32,000 bases of DNA from Blochmannia endosymbiont of Camponotus modoc (lineage in GTDB: Bacteria; Pseudomonadota; Gammaproteobacteria; Enterobacterales; Enterobacteriaceae), in the NCBI RefSeq assembly GCF_023585785.1, contig NZ_CP097765.1, positions 180,001 through 212,000 on the forward strand. The letters are read 5' to 3'. The translations under genes and the position numbers were made by a program. The notes below the pieces were generated by a model. It did not search any database and was not told where the DNA came from. It saw only the letters and a program-made list of their open reading frames with translations. Below, one piece after another: positions 1 to 9,923 of the stretch. Position 1 is the stretch's first letter. Each line of letters begins with the position of its first letter.

Positions 1-1803
1 ATTACCTAAAGCCATCTCTATTCTTTCATGATAAATTTTTTTTACTCTAGAGTGCATAGCGACACTCGATGGAATATCATTGATACGATAGGCTAAATTT
101 TTTAAGTATTGGGTGTTTATTTTGTTAGAATGCAGAATGTTTTTATTTTTGTTTAAGCTATTTGTATGTAAAGAAGCGCGAATATGCACCGGTTTCCATT
201 TATTCAGAACACAACATTTTTTTTCTAATTTTTCACGATATGTATTAATCATTTGAGAAATTTCATTTTTCTTTATAATTCCATTTTTATTTAAAAAATC
301 AGAATAAATATTAAGTAATGTTGGATGATTACGAATTTTTTTATACATCAGAGGTTGAGTAACACTTGGTTCGTCAGCTTCATTGTGTCCGTGTCTACGA
401 TAACATACTAGATCAATTATTACATCACGTTTAAACACACTGCGAAAATTTAATGCGGAGCGAGTAACATAAACAACTGCATCTACATTATCTGCGTTAA
501 CATGGAATATAGGGGCTTGTATCATTTTTGCGATATCTGTACAATGTTGAGTAGAACGAATGTCGTGGATATTTGATGTTGTAAATCCTACTTGATTATT
601 AATAATAATATGTACTGTGCCTCCTACATCATAAGCACGAGTTTTAGACATGTTAAAAGTTTCTTGAACGATGCCTTGAGCACTAATTGCTGCGTCTCCA
701 TGTATTGTAATTGGGAGCACGATATTGCATTTTTTTTCGTCATGATGAATCGATTCTTTAAGCAACTGATCAATCCGCGCTCGAGTACATCCCATGACTA
801 CTGGGCTAACAATTTCTAGATGAGAAGGGTTACATAATAGAGATAAATGTATGATCTCTCCATTAACTGTAACATCTGAATAAAATCCTTGATGATATTT
901 CACGTCGCCACTACTGCAAGTAGCATGGTGTTTATTGGAAAATTCATCAAATAAATCTTGAGGATTTTTACCTAAAATATTAATCAATACATTTAGACGA
1001 CCACGGTGAGCCATACCTAAAAATATTTCTTTAATATTATGATGACAAGCAGAGTAACGTATAATTTCTTTTAGCATAGGGATTAAAACATCACCCCCTT
1101 CTAATGAAAATCTTTTAACTCCTGGAAATTTTATTCCTAAATAACGCTCTATTCCTTCTGCCGAAACAATTTCTTGCAGAAATTGTTTTTTCTCTTCACC
1201 ATGAAAGTTCAGCATTCCTACTGTGGATTCAAAATGATTTTGAATCCACAGTATTATATTTATATCAAGAATATGCATATACTCAATGCCTATAGGACCA
1301 CAATAAGTTTTTTTAAGAAATTCATATATTTCTAACAAGGTCATTGATTCTTTGTTGATTCCAAAATGGGTTATATCAAATTTTCTTTGAAGATTTTTTA
1401 AAACGAAATTATAACTCTCTAAGTCTAAAAGATAATTTTTGTATTCACTGTTCCGTAATTGTAAAGGATCCAATGCGGCGCATTGGTGTCCATATATTCT
1501 GAAAGAATTTATTAATTGTAATATTTGTATATAAGTAATATTGCTACAATTATTAGCTTGTGCATGTGAATCATGAGATGCAATGTTGTATTGTAATTTA
1601 GAACACGTGTTATTTTTTAAATTATCAGAATATTGATCGTTATAATTGTTTTCAACAGATAATTGTTTAAACACTTCAATCCAACTAGAATCGATGGAAT
1701 TGGGATTTTTTAAAAAATCCTTATAAATTTGTTCTATATAAGATTGATTATTTTTTGATAAATAAGAAGAATTTAACCAATTTTTCAGTGTGTCACTATA
1801 CAT
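1..1803 (-). CDS. sucA: 2-oxoglutarate dehydrogenase E1 component, N-terminal ~600 codons (3' part lies beyond the window start)
   Basis: The ORF runs off the window edge, so it is absent from the ORF track. Reverse-complement translation from ATG at 1803 (frame verified at three positions) reads MYSDTLKNWLNSSYLSKNNQSYIEQIYKDFL... Further on it gives ...FLGMAHRGRLNVL..., GDVKYHQG, DVGGTVHIIINNQVGFTT, and ...HSRVKKIYHERIEMALGN at base 1. This is collinear with E. coli SucA (MQNSALKAWLDSSYLSG...). It lies directly downstream of sdhB, as in the sdhCDAB-sucAB operon. Confidence 0.9.
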   Translation of the reverse strand, partial: MYSDTLKNWLNSSYLSKNNQSYIEQIYKDFLKNPNSIDSSWIEVFKQLSVENNYNDQYSDNLKNNTCSKLQYNIASHDSHAQANNCSNITYIQILQLINSFRIYGHQCAALDPLQLRNSEYKNYLLDLESYNFVLKNLQRKFDITHFGINKESMTLLEIYEFLKKTYCGPIGIEYMHILDINIILWIQNHFESTVGMLNFHGEEKKQFLQEIVSAEGIERYLGIKFPGVKRFSLEGGDVLIPMLKEIIRYSACHHNIKEIFLGMAHRGRLNVLINILGKNPQDLFDEFSNKHHATCSSGDVKYHQGFYSDVTVNGEIIHLSLLCNPSHLEIVSPVVMGCTRARIDQLLKESIHHDEKKCNIVLPITIHGDAAISAQGIVQETFNMSKTRAYDVGGTVHIIINNQVGFTTSNIHDIRSTQHCTDIAKMIQAPIFHVNADNVDAVVYVTRSALNFRSVFKRDVIIDLVCYRRHGHNEADEPSVTQPLMYKKIRNHPTLLNIYSDFLNKNGIIKKNEISQMINTYREKLEKKCCVLNKWKPVHIRASLHTNSLNKNKNILHSNKINTQYLKNLAYRINDIPSSVAMHSRVKKIYHERIEMALGN

Positions 1804-2007
1804 TCTAAAATCCTTGTATTTTATTACATTTATTTTTTAAAATACTCGACATTAAGTAATTAGTTTAATAAAGTATTTGCTATATTATAAGTAATTGGTT
1901 TTCAATGTTATTAGCTACTGTAATCATGCATAGATATATATTTCATTTTATTTGGATTGTTATTTGTACATTATGTTAAATTGTGCTTTATAATTATTGT
2001 TGTTCTC

Positions 2008-2754
2008 TTAAATGTTATGTATGCCAATTAAATTTTTTGCTAATATTCTTTTAATATGGCCTATAGCTTTGGCTGGATTTAATTTTTTAGGACATACACT
2101 AACGCAATTCATAATGTTATGACAACGAAAAACACTAAAAGAATCTTTTAAGAGTTCCAATCGTTCTTGATCATTAGTATCACGGCTATCCATTAAAAAG
2201 CGATATAAAGCCAATAATCCAGCAGGACCAATAAATTTATCTGGATTCCACCAAAAAGAGGGGCAAGCACTAGAACAACATGCACATAATATGCATTCAT
2301 AAGATCCATCTAATTTAGAGCGTTCTTCTGGAGATTGTAAATATTCATGAAGAAATTGAGGTTGTTGATTGGAACGGTCATGTATTAAAAACGGCTGTAC
2401 TCTTTCATATTGAAGAAAGAATTGACTCATATCCACTACTAAATCACGAATTATTGGAAATCCAGATAATGGACGTACTACAATTGCATTCTGATGATGA
2501 CTATCATATAATTGCTTTAATGAAGTAATGCATGCCAGATTGTTTATGCCATTTATATTCATACCATCAGAACCACATACCCCTTCTCTGCAAGAACGAC
2601 GAAATGTTAAAGTTGGATCTTGTTCTTTCAATTTGATTAAGGCATCTAATAATGTCATATTTTTTGTATGTGATAAATTAAGTGTATAATTTTTCATGCA
2701 GGCATTTTTACTGATTTCAGGATGATAGCGGTAAATGGAAAATTTAATTTGCAT
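2008..2754 (-). CDS. sdhB: succinate dehydrogenase iron-sulfur subunit
   Basis: Track ORF is 2008..2781. I trimmed the start to ATG 2754 (MQIKFSIYRYHPE vs E. coli MRLEFSIYRYNPD), which has GGAG a few nt upstream. All three Fe-S cysteine clusters are present: CREGVCGSDGMNINGINNLAC, CILCACCSSACPSFWWN and CHNIMNCVSVCPK. Confidence 0.95.
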   Translation of the reverse strand: MQIKFSIYRYHPEISKNACMKNYTLNLSHTKNMTLLDALIKLKEQDPTLTFRRSCREGVCGSDGMNINGINNLACITSLKQLYDSHHQNAIVVRPLSGFPIIRDLVVDMSQFFLQYERVQPFLIHDRSNQQPQFLHEYLQSPEERSKLDGSYECILCACCSSACPSFWWNPDKFIGPAGLLALYRFLMDSRDTNDQERLELLKDSFSVFRCHNIMNCVSVCPKKLNPAKAIGHIKRILAKNLIGIHNI

Positions 2755-2770
2755 ATTTAAACTCCATTTT

Positions 2771-4549
2771 TTAATAAACACGAGTTTTCGGAGGAAAAGG
2801 AGAACGAAATTTTGGTTGCATATTTACATTACGACGAATCATAATATCATTTTTTGGTAAATATAACGTATGGCACAACCAATTTTTATCATCACGCGTG
2901 GGAAAATCATAACGACTATGAGCTCCTCTGCTTTCGGTTCTAAAAATAGCAGCCATAGCAGTTACATAAGCAGTTTCTAATAAATTATCTAATTCTAAAC
3001 ATTCAACACGTTGTGTGTTGAATGTATAAGATTTATCTGATAGAATCGCGCAGTTCAATCGGTTACGTATTTCTTTTAGTTCTTGCAATCCTTTTAGCAT
3101 TTTTTGCTCTTCTCTGAAAACAGAGAAATTGTTTTGCATACATGACTGCAAATCTTGGCGTATTGTTACTGGATTTTCTGTTGCACCCGATTTATTGTTA
3201 TTCCAGCGAATATAACGAGCTAATGATCGTTCTATATCAGAATCAGTAGGCCCACGCGCCGGCCATTCTTCTTCTGACAAATATGCTTGTATATATGTTC
3301 CTGTAGCATGCCCAAATACGATTAAATCTAATAAAGAATTTCCACCCAGTCGATTAGCCCCGTGTACTGATACACAAGCGGTTTCTCCAACTGCAAATAA
3401 ACCTGGTACTATCGTATCTGTACCTGCATTGTTTACAGTAATTACTTCTCCACGCACCGTTGTAGGAATACCACCCATCATATAATGACAGGTAGGAAAT
3501 ACTGGAATTAATTCTTTGACGGGATCTATATAAGAAAAAGTACGCACTAATTCTAAGATACCAGGTAATCGTAATTCCAATAATTCTTTTCCCAAATGAT
3601 CTATTTTTAATTTAACATGAGGACCACATGGACCCGAATAACCTCGACCTTCTTGAATTTCCAACATAATTGCTCGAGCTACCACATCACGTCCGGCTAA
3701 ATCTTTTACATTAGGAGCATAACGCTCCATAAATCTTTCTCCTGCAATATTTAAAAGATATCCTCCTTCACCACGACATCCTTCACTTACTAAGATCCCG
3801 ACACCAGCTATTCCGGTGGGATGAAATTGCCACATTTCCATATCTTGAGCAGGTATTCCTGCTCGCAACACCATGCCAATTCCATCCCCTGTGTTGATAT
3901 GGGCATTAGTGGTAGATTGATAAATGCGTCCTCCTCCTCCAGTTGCAAGTACTGTAGCACGTGCTTTAAAATATGCTAATTCTCCTGTTTCAATAGAAAA
4001 AGCAACACAACCAAGTATTCTTCCATCTTGATTTTTTACTAAATCTAATGCGTACCATTCTGAAAATATGGTTGTTTTGTTCTTCAAGTTTTGTTGATAC
4101 AAGGTATGCAATAGTGCATGTCCGGTACGATCAGCAGCTGCGGCAGTACGTGCTGCTTGTTTTTTTCCATAATATAAAGTTTGTCCTCCAAATGGACGTT
4201 GGTAAATACGACCATTTTTTAGTCTAGAAAATGGTAACCCCATATGTTCTAATTCCAGAACCGCTTTAGGTCCTGTTTTGCACATATATTCAATAGCATT
4301 TTGGTCTCCTATGTAATCAGATCCTTTTACAGTATCATACATGTGCCACTGCCAATCATCTTCGTGATTATTACCGAGAGCAACCGTAATCCCTCCTTGA
4401 GCAGATACTGTATGTGAACGTGTAGGAAAGACTTTAGATATTAAGGCGCAAGAAAATCCCATTTTAGAAACTTGTAATGCAACGCGCATACCCGCGCCGC
4501 CAGCTCCTATAACAATAGAAAAAAATTCTTTAACTGGTATCTGATGCAT
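2771..4549 (-). CDS. sdhA: succinate dehydrogenase flavoprotein subunit
   Basis: 592 aa. The N-terminus [25 protein letters not shown]...[22 protein letters not shown] is almost identical to E. coli SdhA. It includes the GxGxxG FAD fold and the covalent-FAD histidine context RSHTV. Confidence 0.97.
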   Translation of the reverse strand: MHQIPVKEFFSIVIGAGGAGMRVALQVSKMGFSCALISKVFPTRSHTVSAQGGITVALGNNHEDDWQWHMYDTVKGSDYIGDQNAIEYMCKTGPKAVLELEHMGLPFSRLKNGRIYQRPFGGQTLYYGKKQAARTAAAADRTGHALLHTLYQQNLKNKTTIFSEWYALDLVKNQDGRILGCVAFSIETGELAYFKARATVLATGGGGRIYQSTTNAHINTGDGIGMVLRAGIPAQDMEMWQFHPTGIAGVGILVSEGCRGEGGYLLNIAGERFMERYAPNVKDLAGRDVVARAIMLEIQEGRGYSGPCGPHVKLKIDHLGKELLELRLPGILELVRTFSYIDPVKELIPVFPTCHYMMGGIPTTVRGEVITVNNAGTDTIVPGLFAVGETACVSVHGANRLGGNSLLDLIVFGHATGTYIQAYLSEEEWPARGPTDSDIERSLARYIRWNNNKSGATENPVTIRQDLQSCMQNNFSVFREEQKMLKGLQELKEIRNRLNCAILSDKSYTFNTQRVECLELDNLLETAYVTAMAAIFRTESRGAHSRYDFPTRDDKNWLCHTLYLPKNDIMIRRNVNMQPKFRSPFPPKTRVY

Positions 4550-4897
4550 CTACACACTCCAAATGATAATCATCCCAAAAAATAAGTATATGAACAATAT
4601 AGAACCGGTTATCCACACTCCTAACTGCCTTAATATAGGTAAGTTTATGTAATCTTCTAGTATGTGGCGCATGCCAATCCAAGCATGACTTAGGGCAGAT
4701 AATAAAACCATGATACTAAATATTTTAGTGGTGTTTTTGCTAAAAAAATCGTACCACCTATCATAAGATAGGTGGTTAGAAGAAATAATAAAAATAGAAA
4801 TATACACAATGTATAGCAACATCCAGACGGCTGAAATTCGTACTAGCAACCATTCGTACACTCCGTGATATTTCAAGATCGATTTAATGGATACCAT
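4550..4897 (-). CDS. sdhD: succinate dehydrogenase membrane anchor subunit
   Basis: 115 aa. MVSIKSILKYHGVYEWLLVR matches E. coli [20 protein letters not shown], and the HAWIGMRHILEDY motif is present. The TAG stop abuts the sdhA ATG (TAGATG). Confidence 0.9.
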   Translation of the reverse strand: MVSIKSILKYHGVYEWLLVRISAVWMLLYIVYISIFIISSNHLSYDRWYDFFSKNTTKIFSIMVLLSALSHAWIGMRHILEDYINLPILRQLGVWITGSILFIYLFFGMIIIWSV

Positions 4898-5280
4898 ATC
4901 AAAATTCCAATGAAAATAGATAACAAAATGGTTAATACAAATATAACTTTTGCACTAATTTTTCCTATTAGTAACGTTTGATTTAAACATCCGAAATCCA
5001 TTAATATTTGACGGATACCAGCAACTATATGATAACTCAGTAAGATCGTAACTATCCAAAATACAAACTGAAAAATATAATGATTCATTAATAGAAACCG
5101 ATGAATTTTACAAAATTCATTATTAGAAGATAAGGATAATTTTAACATCCAAAGAATTGGACCAATTGTTATGAATAACAGAATTCCGGAGATTCTGTGC
5201 AAAATAGAAGCAATAGCAGTAATGGGAAATCGTATAGTTCTGATATTTAAATATATTGGTCTTTGATTTTTTTTTATCAT
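4873..5280 (-). CDS. sdhC: succinate dehydrogenase cytochrome b556 subunit
   Basis: Track ORF is 4873..5322 and starts at a TTG. I trimmed the start to ATG 5280: MIKKNQRPIYLNIRTIRFPITAIASILHRISG vs E. coli MIRNVKKQRPVNLDLQTIRFPITAIASILHRVSG. The heme-ligand context SYHIVAGIRQ is present. The 3' end overlaps sdhD by 25 nt. Confidence 0.9.
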   Translation of the reverse strand: MIKKNQRPIYLNIRTIRFPITAIASILHRISGILLFITIGPILWMLKLSLSSNNEFCKIHRFLLMNHYIFQFVFWIVTILLSYHIVAGIRQILMDFGCLNQTLLIGKISAKVIFVLTILLSIFIGILIWYPLNRS

Positions 5281-6715
5281 ATAAACACTCTTAAATATTA
5301 ATAGTAAAACATATGCTTGCAAGCAAAAGACTGATACATCCTGAAAACATCATAAACTAAAAGATAATATATGATATAAAGATGGATTATTATTATGGTT
5401 TTATCTTATAAATACAATTATTTTCAAATATATATATTATCTTTTGTTTTGATACCTCTAAATTACGTTAATCGATCCAATACTATAACAAATGATTAGA
5501 TTAGGCATAATATCACATCTTGTATATTATTAACAATTTAATAATATTAAAAAATTTAGAATTGAATTTAGTTTTTAATTGTCAAAAAAAAGGGTATATA
5601 TGCAATAATAAAATGAAGTAGATCATAAATTTTTTTATCCTGATCAAAAAAATAATTATAAAAATAATAGAATTTAAATGTGGTAATACTTTAATAGAAT
5701 ATTGAGTTTAGTGTTTAATATCTTTTATGGCACCCTAAAGTTGAACAAAAAATTTATATACTAAATATTTATTAGTTGCATTAGATATTATTATTCTGGA
5801 AGAATTTACCGATAATCACCATATGATCAAAGGCATAGCGTTTAGATAATAAGAATGCTGTATTTTAACAATTATTTTTTTTCAGAAATTACACTTCTTT
5901 AGTCTTATTCAAGATTAATTCATTTTATTTAATAAAAGATAAATAAGTAAGAAAGTATGGATATATTATTTGTGATGCTGATGTTATATGTTATTTTTTT
6001 TCGGATCTAAAAACTCATTTTTTACAATAAAAATGATTGTTGAAATAGCAGCATCTCATTGCGTTAATAGTATTGATATTTTTACTTTTAAATAATGTGC
6101 TGTGTTGCAAAATAAAAAATATTAAAATACAACATAAGTTGTTTTTGTGCTGAGTTTAGTATGTATAGTCTTTGGTTTTTATGAATGCATTATTTATGTA
6201 ATTAATTTTAACATTAGCAACGAATCTACATTCTACATCTACACATATTTTAACATAATTATAAAGAGTTTATTATGTAATTTTATAAAATATATAATCG
6301 ATTTCTCAGGTAATGATTTAGATCATATATGTGATCCTTTCGACACAAGACCATTAAATCTATTTATATATACAAAATATTGTTGATACAACGTATGTAT
6401 ATGGATATCTAAAAATAGTAGTAATTATACTATACCATTATATGTGAGGATGAATTGGATAGTCACACACTCAAATCATGTGTTCATGTTTTTTTACGCA
6501 TCAAATATATCGAAAGTAATAGTCAGATCATATATTTAATACAAAATCGTTAAAACAACTATCATATTACAATACATTTTTCAGATGATCCACATTGTAT
6601 TGAATACAGTATTAATTTAAAATGCATAACTTTATCTAAGAATTGTTTCAAAAAACATGATGGTCGAATGCCTATATTTATGGTGATTTATTTTATAATA
6701 AGGAATGATAAACAT

Positions 6716-6757
6716 AAAAAATGTGTTCATTATTTTTGCAGAAAAATAATGAACACA
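6716..6757 (-). terminator. candidate rho-independent terminator of pgm: perfect 16-bp stem, 4-nt loop, U6 tail on the minus strand
   Basis: Positions 6722-6737 pair perfectly with 6742-6757 (tgtgttcattattttt / aaaaataatgaacaca), with loop gcag. On the minus strand the stem is followed directly by TTTTTT (complement of 6716-6721). It sits about 200 nt downstream of the pgm stop codon. Confidence 0.55.
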
Positions 6758-6954
6758 AATTTTACCTTAAAATCCTAAGTGTTCATAGTAATAACATGCA
6801 TTACATACATCCTATATATAATGCAGATATAATTTTTTTATTTATATCTATTTCATATTATTGTTTATAAGGTATTGTTATTTAACAATAAAGACTAATA
6901 ATCTATAATTATGTAATACTACTGTATTCAATTTATTATCGTGTATCTTTTACA

Positions 6955-8613
6955 TTAAGATTGATTGATGATATTATCGATGATACTTATTATGTCTTTT
7001 TCAATCTTTTTTCTATGAGAAACACTTAAAAAGCTTTCACAATAAATTTTGTATACTGATTCAGTGCCTGATAATCGACACGCTGCCCAACCATTGGGGG
7101 TGATGATTTTTATACTATCCATGGATATTTGATCTTTTAATGAACCCGTATTTATGATCTTAGTAATAGGATCATCTGCTAATTCTGTCATATTAATCTG
7201 ATTAAATAATGTGTTGGAGATGATGGATTTTTGTGTGTAATTAATAGGTAATTGAATACGATTATAATTAGATATACTAAAATTTTGAACCAATTGATCA
7301 TAATACTTTTGTAAAGATTTGTCACTAATAGCAATTATTTCAGCCGCTAATAGACACATAATTAGCCCATCTTTATCAGTGGACCATGGAGAGCAATAAA
7401 AATCTAAGAAAGATGCTCCTGCGCTTTCCTCACCTACAAAACCGAATAAGCTATTAAATAATCCTCGTACAAACCATTTAAAACCTACTGGTACTTCTAT
7501 CAATTGACGAGAGAGATCGTATGCTACATGATTCATCATAATACTAGATACATACGTTTTTCCTATGAATAGTGAACGATTACGCCACAATGGACGATTG
7601 TTAAAAAGGTAATGTGCTGCAATAATAAGGTAATGATTAGGTTTTATTAAACCAAGAGGAGTAATAATTCCATGTCTATCACAATCTGGGTCATTAACTA
7701 AAAGCAAATCAAAATTATCATGTGATTTTAATACTCCAGCCATTGCGAATTCAGAAGAGCAATCTAATCGAATACAACCATCATAATCAAGATGTATAAA
7801 ACCAAATGTTTTATCAATTTTTTCACTGATTAAATTTAAATCTAATTGATAAAATTGGGCAATGTTTTGCCAATAATCTATACTGGACCCACTTAAGGGA
7901 TGTACTCCCAGTTTCAAACCGGATGTTTTTATGGCTTGCATATCAATTATTGTAGATAGTTTTTTTACGTAATTTTGAATGAAATCTTGTGTGTGTATAT
8001 AACCGCTTTTCCAAGCGTTTTTTAACGTCATACGGTGCACATATTGTAAATTATTCACTAAAAATTTATTAGCGATTTGTTCAATTGTGCGAGTTATATT
8101 AGTAGGAGCTGGTCCTCCATATATTGAATTATATTTTATACCGCCATCTTCAGGTGGATTATGAGAAGATGTGATGATGATACCGTCAGCTTTTTTTGAA
8201 TGATTATTGTGATGATTTTTATTATATTGAGTGATAGCATGAGAAATAACAGGGGTTGGAGTATAGCCGTTGTTTTTTTGAACAATAACATCGACAAAAT
8301 TAGCCGCTAATACTTCAAGTACGGACATAAACGCTGGTTCAGAAAGAACGTGCGTATCTTTTCCAATGTAACATGGCCCAGTTATACCTTGTTGTGCGCG
8401 TACTTGTACAATCGATTGACTAATTGCTAATACGTGTGCTTCATTAAAACTGTATCTCTGAGAACTACCACGATGGCCTGAAGTACCAAATACAACATTA
8501 TGAGCGCCATTACTTGGATCGGGAGATAAATTATAATATTGTGTTATTAATCGAGATGTATTAATAACTTCATTATGTGACGCTAGTTGTCCAGAATGGA
8601 TATGATTCTTCAT
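6955..8613 (-). CDS. pgm: phosphoglucomutase
   Basis: 552 aa, collinear with E. coli Pgm. Shared segments include FGTSGHRGS, GITGPCYIGKDTHVLSEPAFMSVLEVLAAN, the active-site loop TSSHNPPEDGGIKYN, GEESAGASF and YKIYCESFL. AGGGGA lies upstream of the ATG. Confidence 0.96.
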   Translation of the reverse strand: MKNHIHSGQLASHNEVINTSRLITQYYNLSPDPSNGAHNVVFGTSGHRGSSQRYSFNEAHVLAISQSIVQVRAQQGITGPCYIGKDTHVLSEPAFMSVLEVLAANFVDVIVQKNNGYTPTPVISHAITQYNKNHHNNHSKKADGIIITSSHNPPEDGGIKYNSIYGGPAPTNITRTIEQIANKFLVNNLQYVHRMTLKNAWKSGYIHTQDFIQNYVKKLSTIIDMQAIKTSGLKLGVHPLSGSSIDYWQNIAQFYQLDLNLISEKIDKTFGFIHLDYDGCIRLDCSSEFAMAGVLKSHDNFDLLLVNDPDCDRHGIITPLGLIKPNHYLIIAAHYLFNNRPLWRNRSLFIGKTYVSSIMMNHVAYDLSRQLIEVPVGFKWFVRGLFNSLFGFVGEESAGASFLDFYCSPWSTDKDGLIMCLLAAEIIAISDKSLQKYYDQLVQNFSISNYNRIQLPINYTQKSIISNTLFNQINMTELADDPITKIINTGSLKDQISMDSIKIITPNGWAACRLSGTESVYKIYCESFLSVSHRKKIEKDIISIIDNIINQS

Positions 8614-8939
8614 TCGAAAATCCCCTAAATTGATTATTTTATGAAATTTTAAAAAATATTATGATATCATTCTCGTAGAGTCTACCGGGGTATTGAAATT
8701 TGTGGCGTTAATATATAAAGAAATATTAGAACATCGTTTTGATGACCACGTTAGATTTAATTTTTAAAAACACTAATAATTCATAGGTATGCATTAGCAG
8801 TCTTTAAGGGTTACTCAGAAATAACAGCTATGTTTATTAAGTAAGTATTCTTATATACAACTTACTAAATACATAAAAATATTATTTAGATCGTGATAAA
8901 CAATATCTCAGTGTTATTTTTAATAAGTAATTATATTAT

Positions 8940-9704
8940 ATGCAGCTTAATTATCGATTACGAATGCTTAAAACTGTATGCCAAAGAACACCAGTCATAA
9001 TACTCCATGGACTTTTCGGTGATCTTAGTAATCTTGGGATTATTGTAAAAAGCATAGCTCGATATTGTTGTGTCGTGCAAGTTGACTTACGCAATCATGG
9101 TCGTTCTCCTCATGAACGATCTATGAATTATTCGGTAATGGCACAAGATATCTTAGACTTGCTGGATCATTTACTAATAAACAAATGCATAGTTATTGGT
9201 CATTCAATGGGCGGTAAAGTTGCTATGACACTATGTATGTTGGCCCCTCAACGTATAAGCAAAATCGTGGTTATTGATATAGCTCCAATAAAATATAATG
9301 TACATAATCATGATAATATTTTTCATGCAATTGAATGTGTTAATATATCTGGAGTAAAAAATAGAAACGAAGCTGCGAATCTTATGCAACAGTGTTGTAT
9401 CGACCAAACATTAATATTTTTTTTATTAAAATCGTTCCATCAAGGATCTTGGGTTTTTAATTTTTCGTCTATTAGAAATAATTATATTCATATCAGTGGT
9501 TGGAACACATACCAAACTTGGTGGGGTCCGGCATTGTTTATTAGGGGCGCATTATCTTCGTATTTTGATGATCGTTACTTGCACGATATTTACCATCAAT
9601 TTCCGCAGGCGCGCATTTGCATGATACCTAATGCAGGGCATTGGGTGCATTGGGATAATGCTGCATATGTATTAAGTAAGATTAATGAATTTATTATCCA
9701 TTAA
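8940..9704 (+). CDS. ybfF: alpha/beta-hydrolase acyl-CoA esterase YbfF
   Basis: 254 aa, the same length as E. coli YbfF. Shared segments are HGLFGDLSNLG, DLRNHGRSPH, the nucleophile elbow GHSMGGK, IDIAPIKY, FLLKSF and AGHWVH. It occupies the syntenic position between pgm and fldA. Confidence 0.9.
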   Translation: MQLNYRLRMLKTVCQRTPVIILHGLFGDLSNLGIIVKSIARYCCVVQVDLRNHGRSPHERSMNYSVMAQDILDLLDHLLINKCIVIGHSMGGKVAMTLCMLAPQRISKIVVIDIAPIKYNVHNHDNIFHAIECVNISGVKNRNEAANLMQQCCIDQTLIFFLLKSFHQGSWVFNFSSIRNNYIHISGWNTYQTWWGPALFIRGALSSYFDDRYLHDIYHQFPQARICMIPNAGHWVHWDNAAYVLSKINEFIIH

Positions 9705-9923
9705 TTTTTCAATATATATATTTTATTTGATATTTTTGTAAAATTTATGTATTTGTGAACAAATAATATTAATGATTAATTAAAATTGATTAGCCATGAT
9801 AATACAGGTATTATGAACGTTGTGATTGCGTCGACACTTTGATGTGATATTGCGAAGCTGGATGCATTTTGATTGATAATAAAAATACAATTTATGTTAT
9901 GTAACATATAGGGTTAGAATACT

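Noticed and set aside
592-819. 75-aa + strand ORF
   Set aside because: It lies entirely antisense within sucA. It has a low-complexity AT-driven composition and no ribosome-binding site, so it is a typical shadow ORF.
2755-2781. N-terminal extensions suggested by the ORF track (sdhB to 2781, sdhC to 5322 via TTG, leuS from GTG 22115)
   Set aside because: Alignment with the E. coli N-termini, together with SD placement, supports the internal ATG codons at 2754, 5280 and 22127. The sdhB extension would also overlap the sdhA 3' end.
4609-4617. Perfect DnaA-box consensus TTATCCACA
   Set aside because: It is a single copy inside the sdhD coding sequence. There is no cluster of boxes and no adjacent AT-rich unwinding element arranged as in an origin, so it is expected by chance.
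5314-5325. 12-bp palindrome tgcttgcaagca 34 bp upstream of the sdhC start codon (considered as a regulator site or -35 region)
   Set aside because: It is short enough to arise by chance and resembles no known CRP, ArcA, Fnr or Fur consensus. Only a weak TTGCTT-17-TATTAA promoter-like arrangement overlaps it.
6147-6386. 79-aa + strand ORF in the sdhC-pgm spacer
   Set aside because: Its composition is rich in Ile, Asn, Tyr and Phe and matches what random AT-rich DNA would encode. It has no SD sequence and no recognisable domain. At most it overlaps possible gltA-relic patches that lie in mixed frames.
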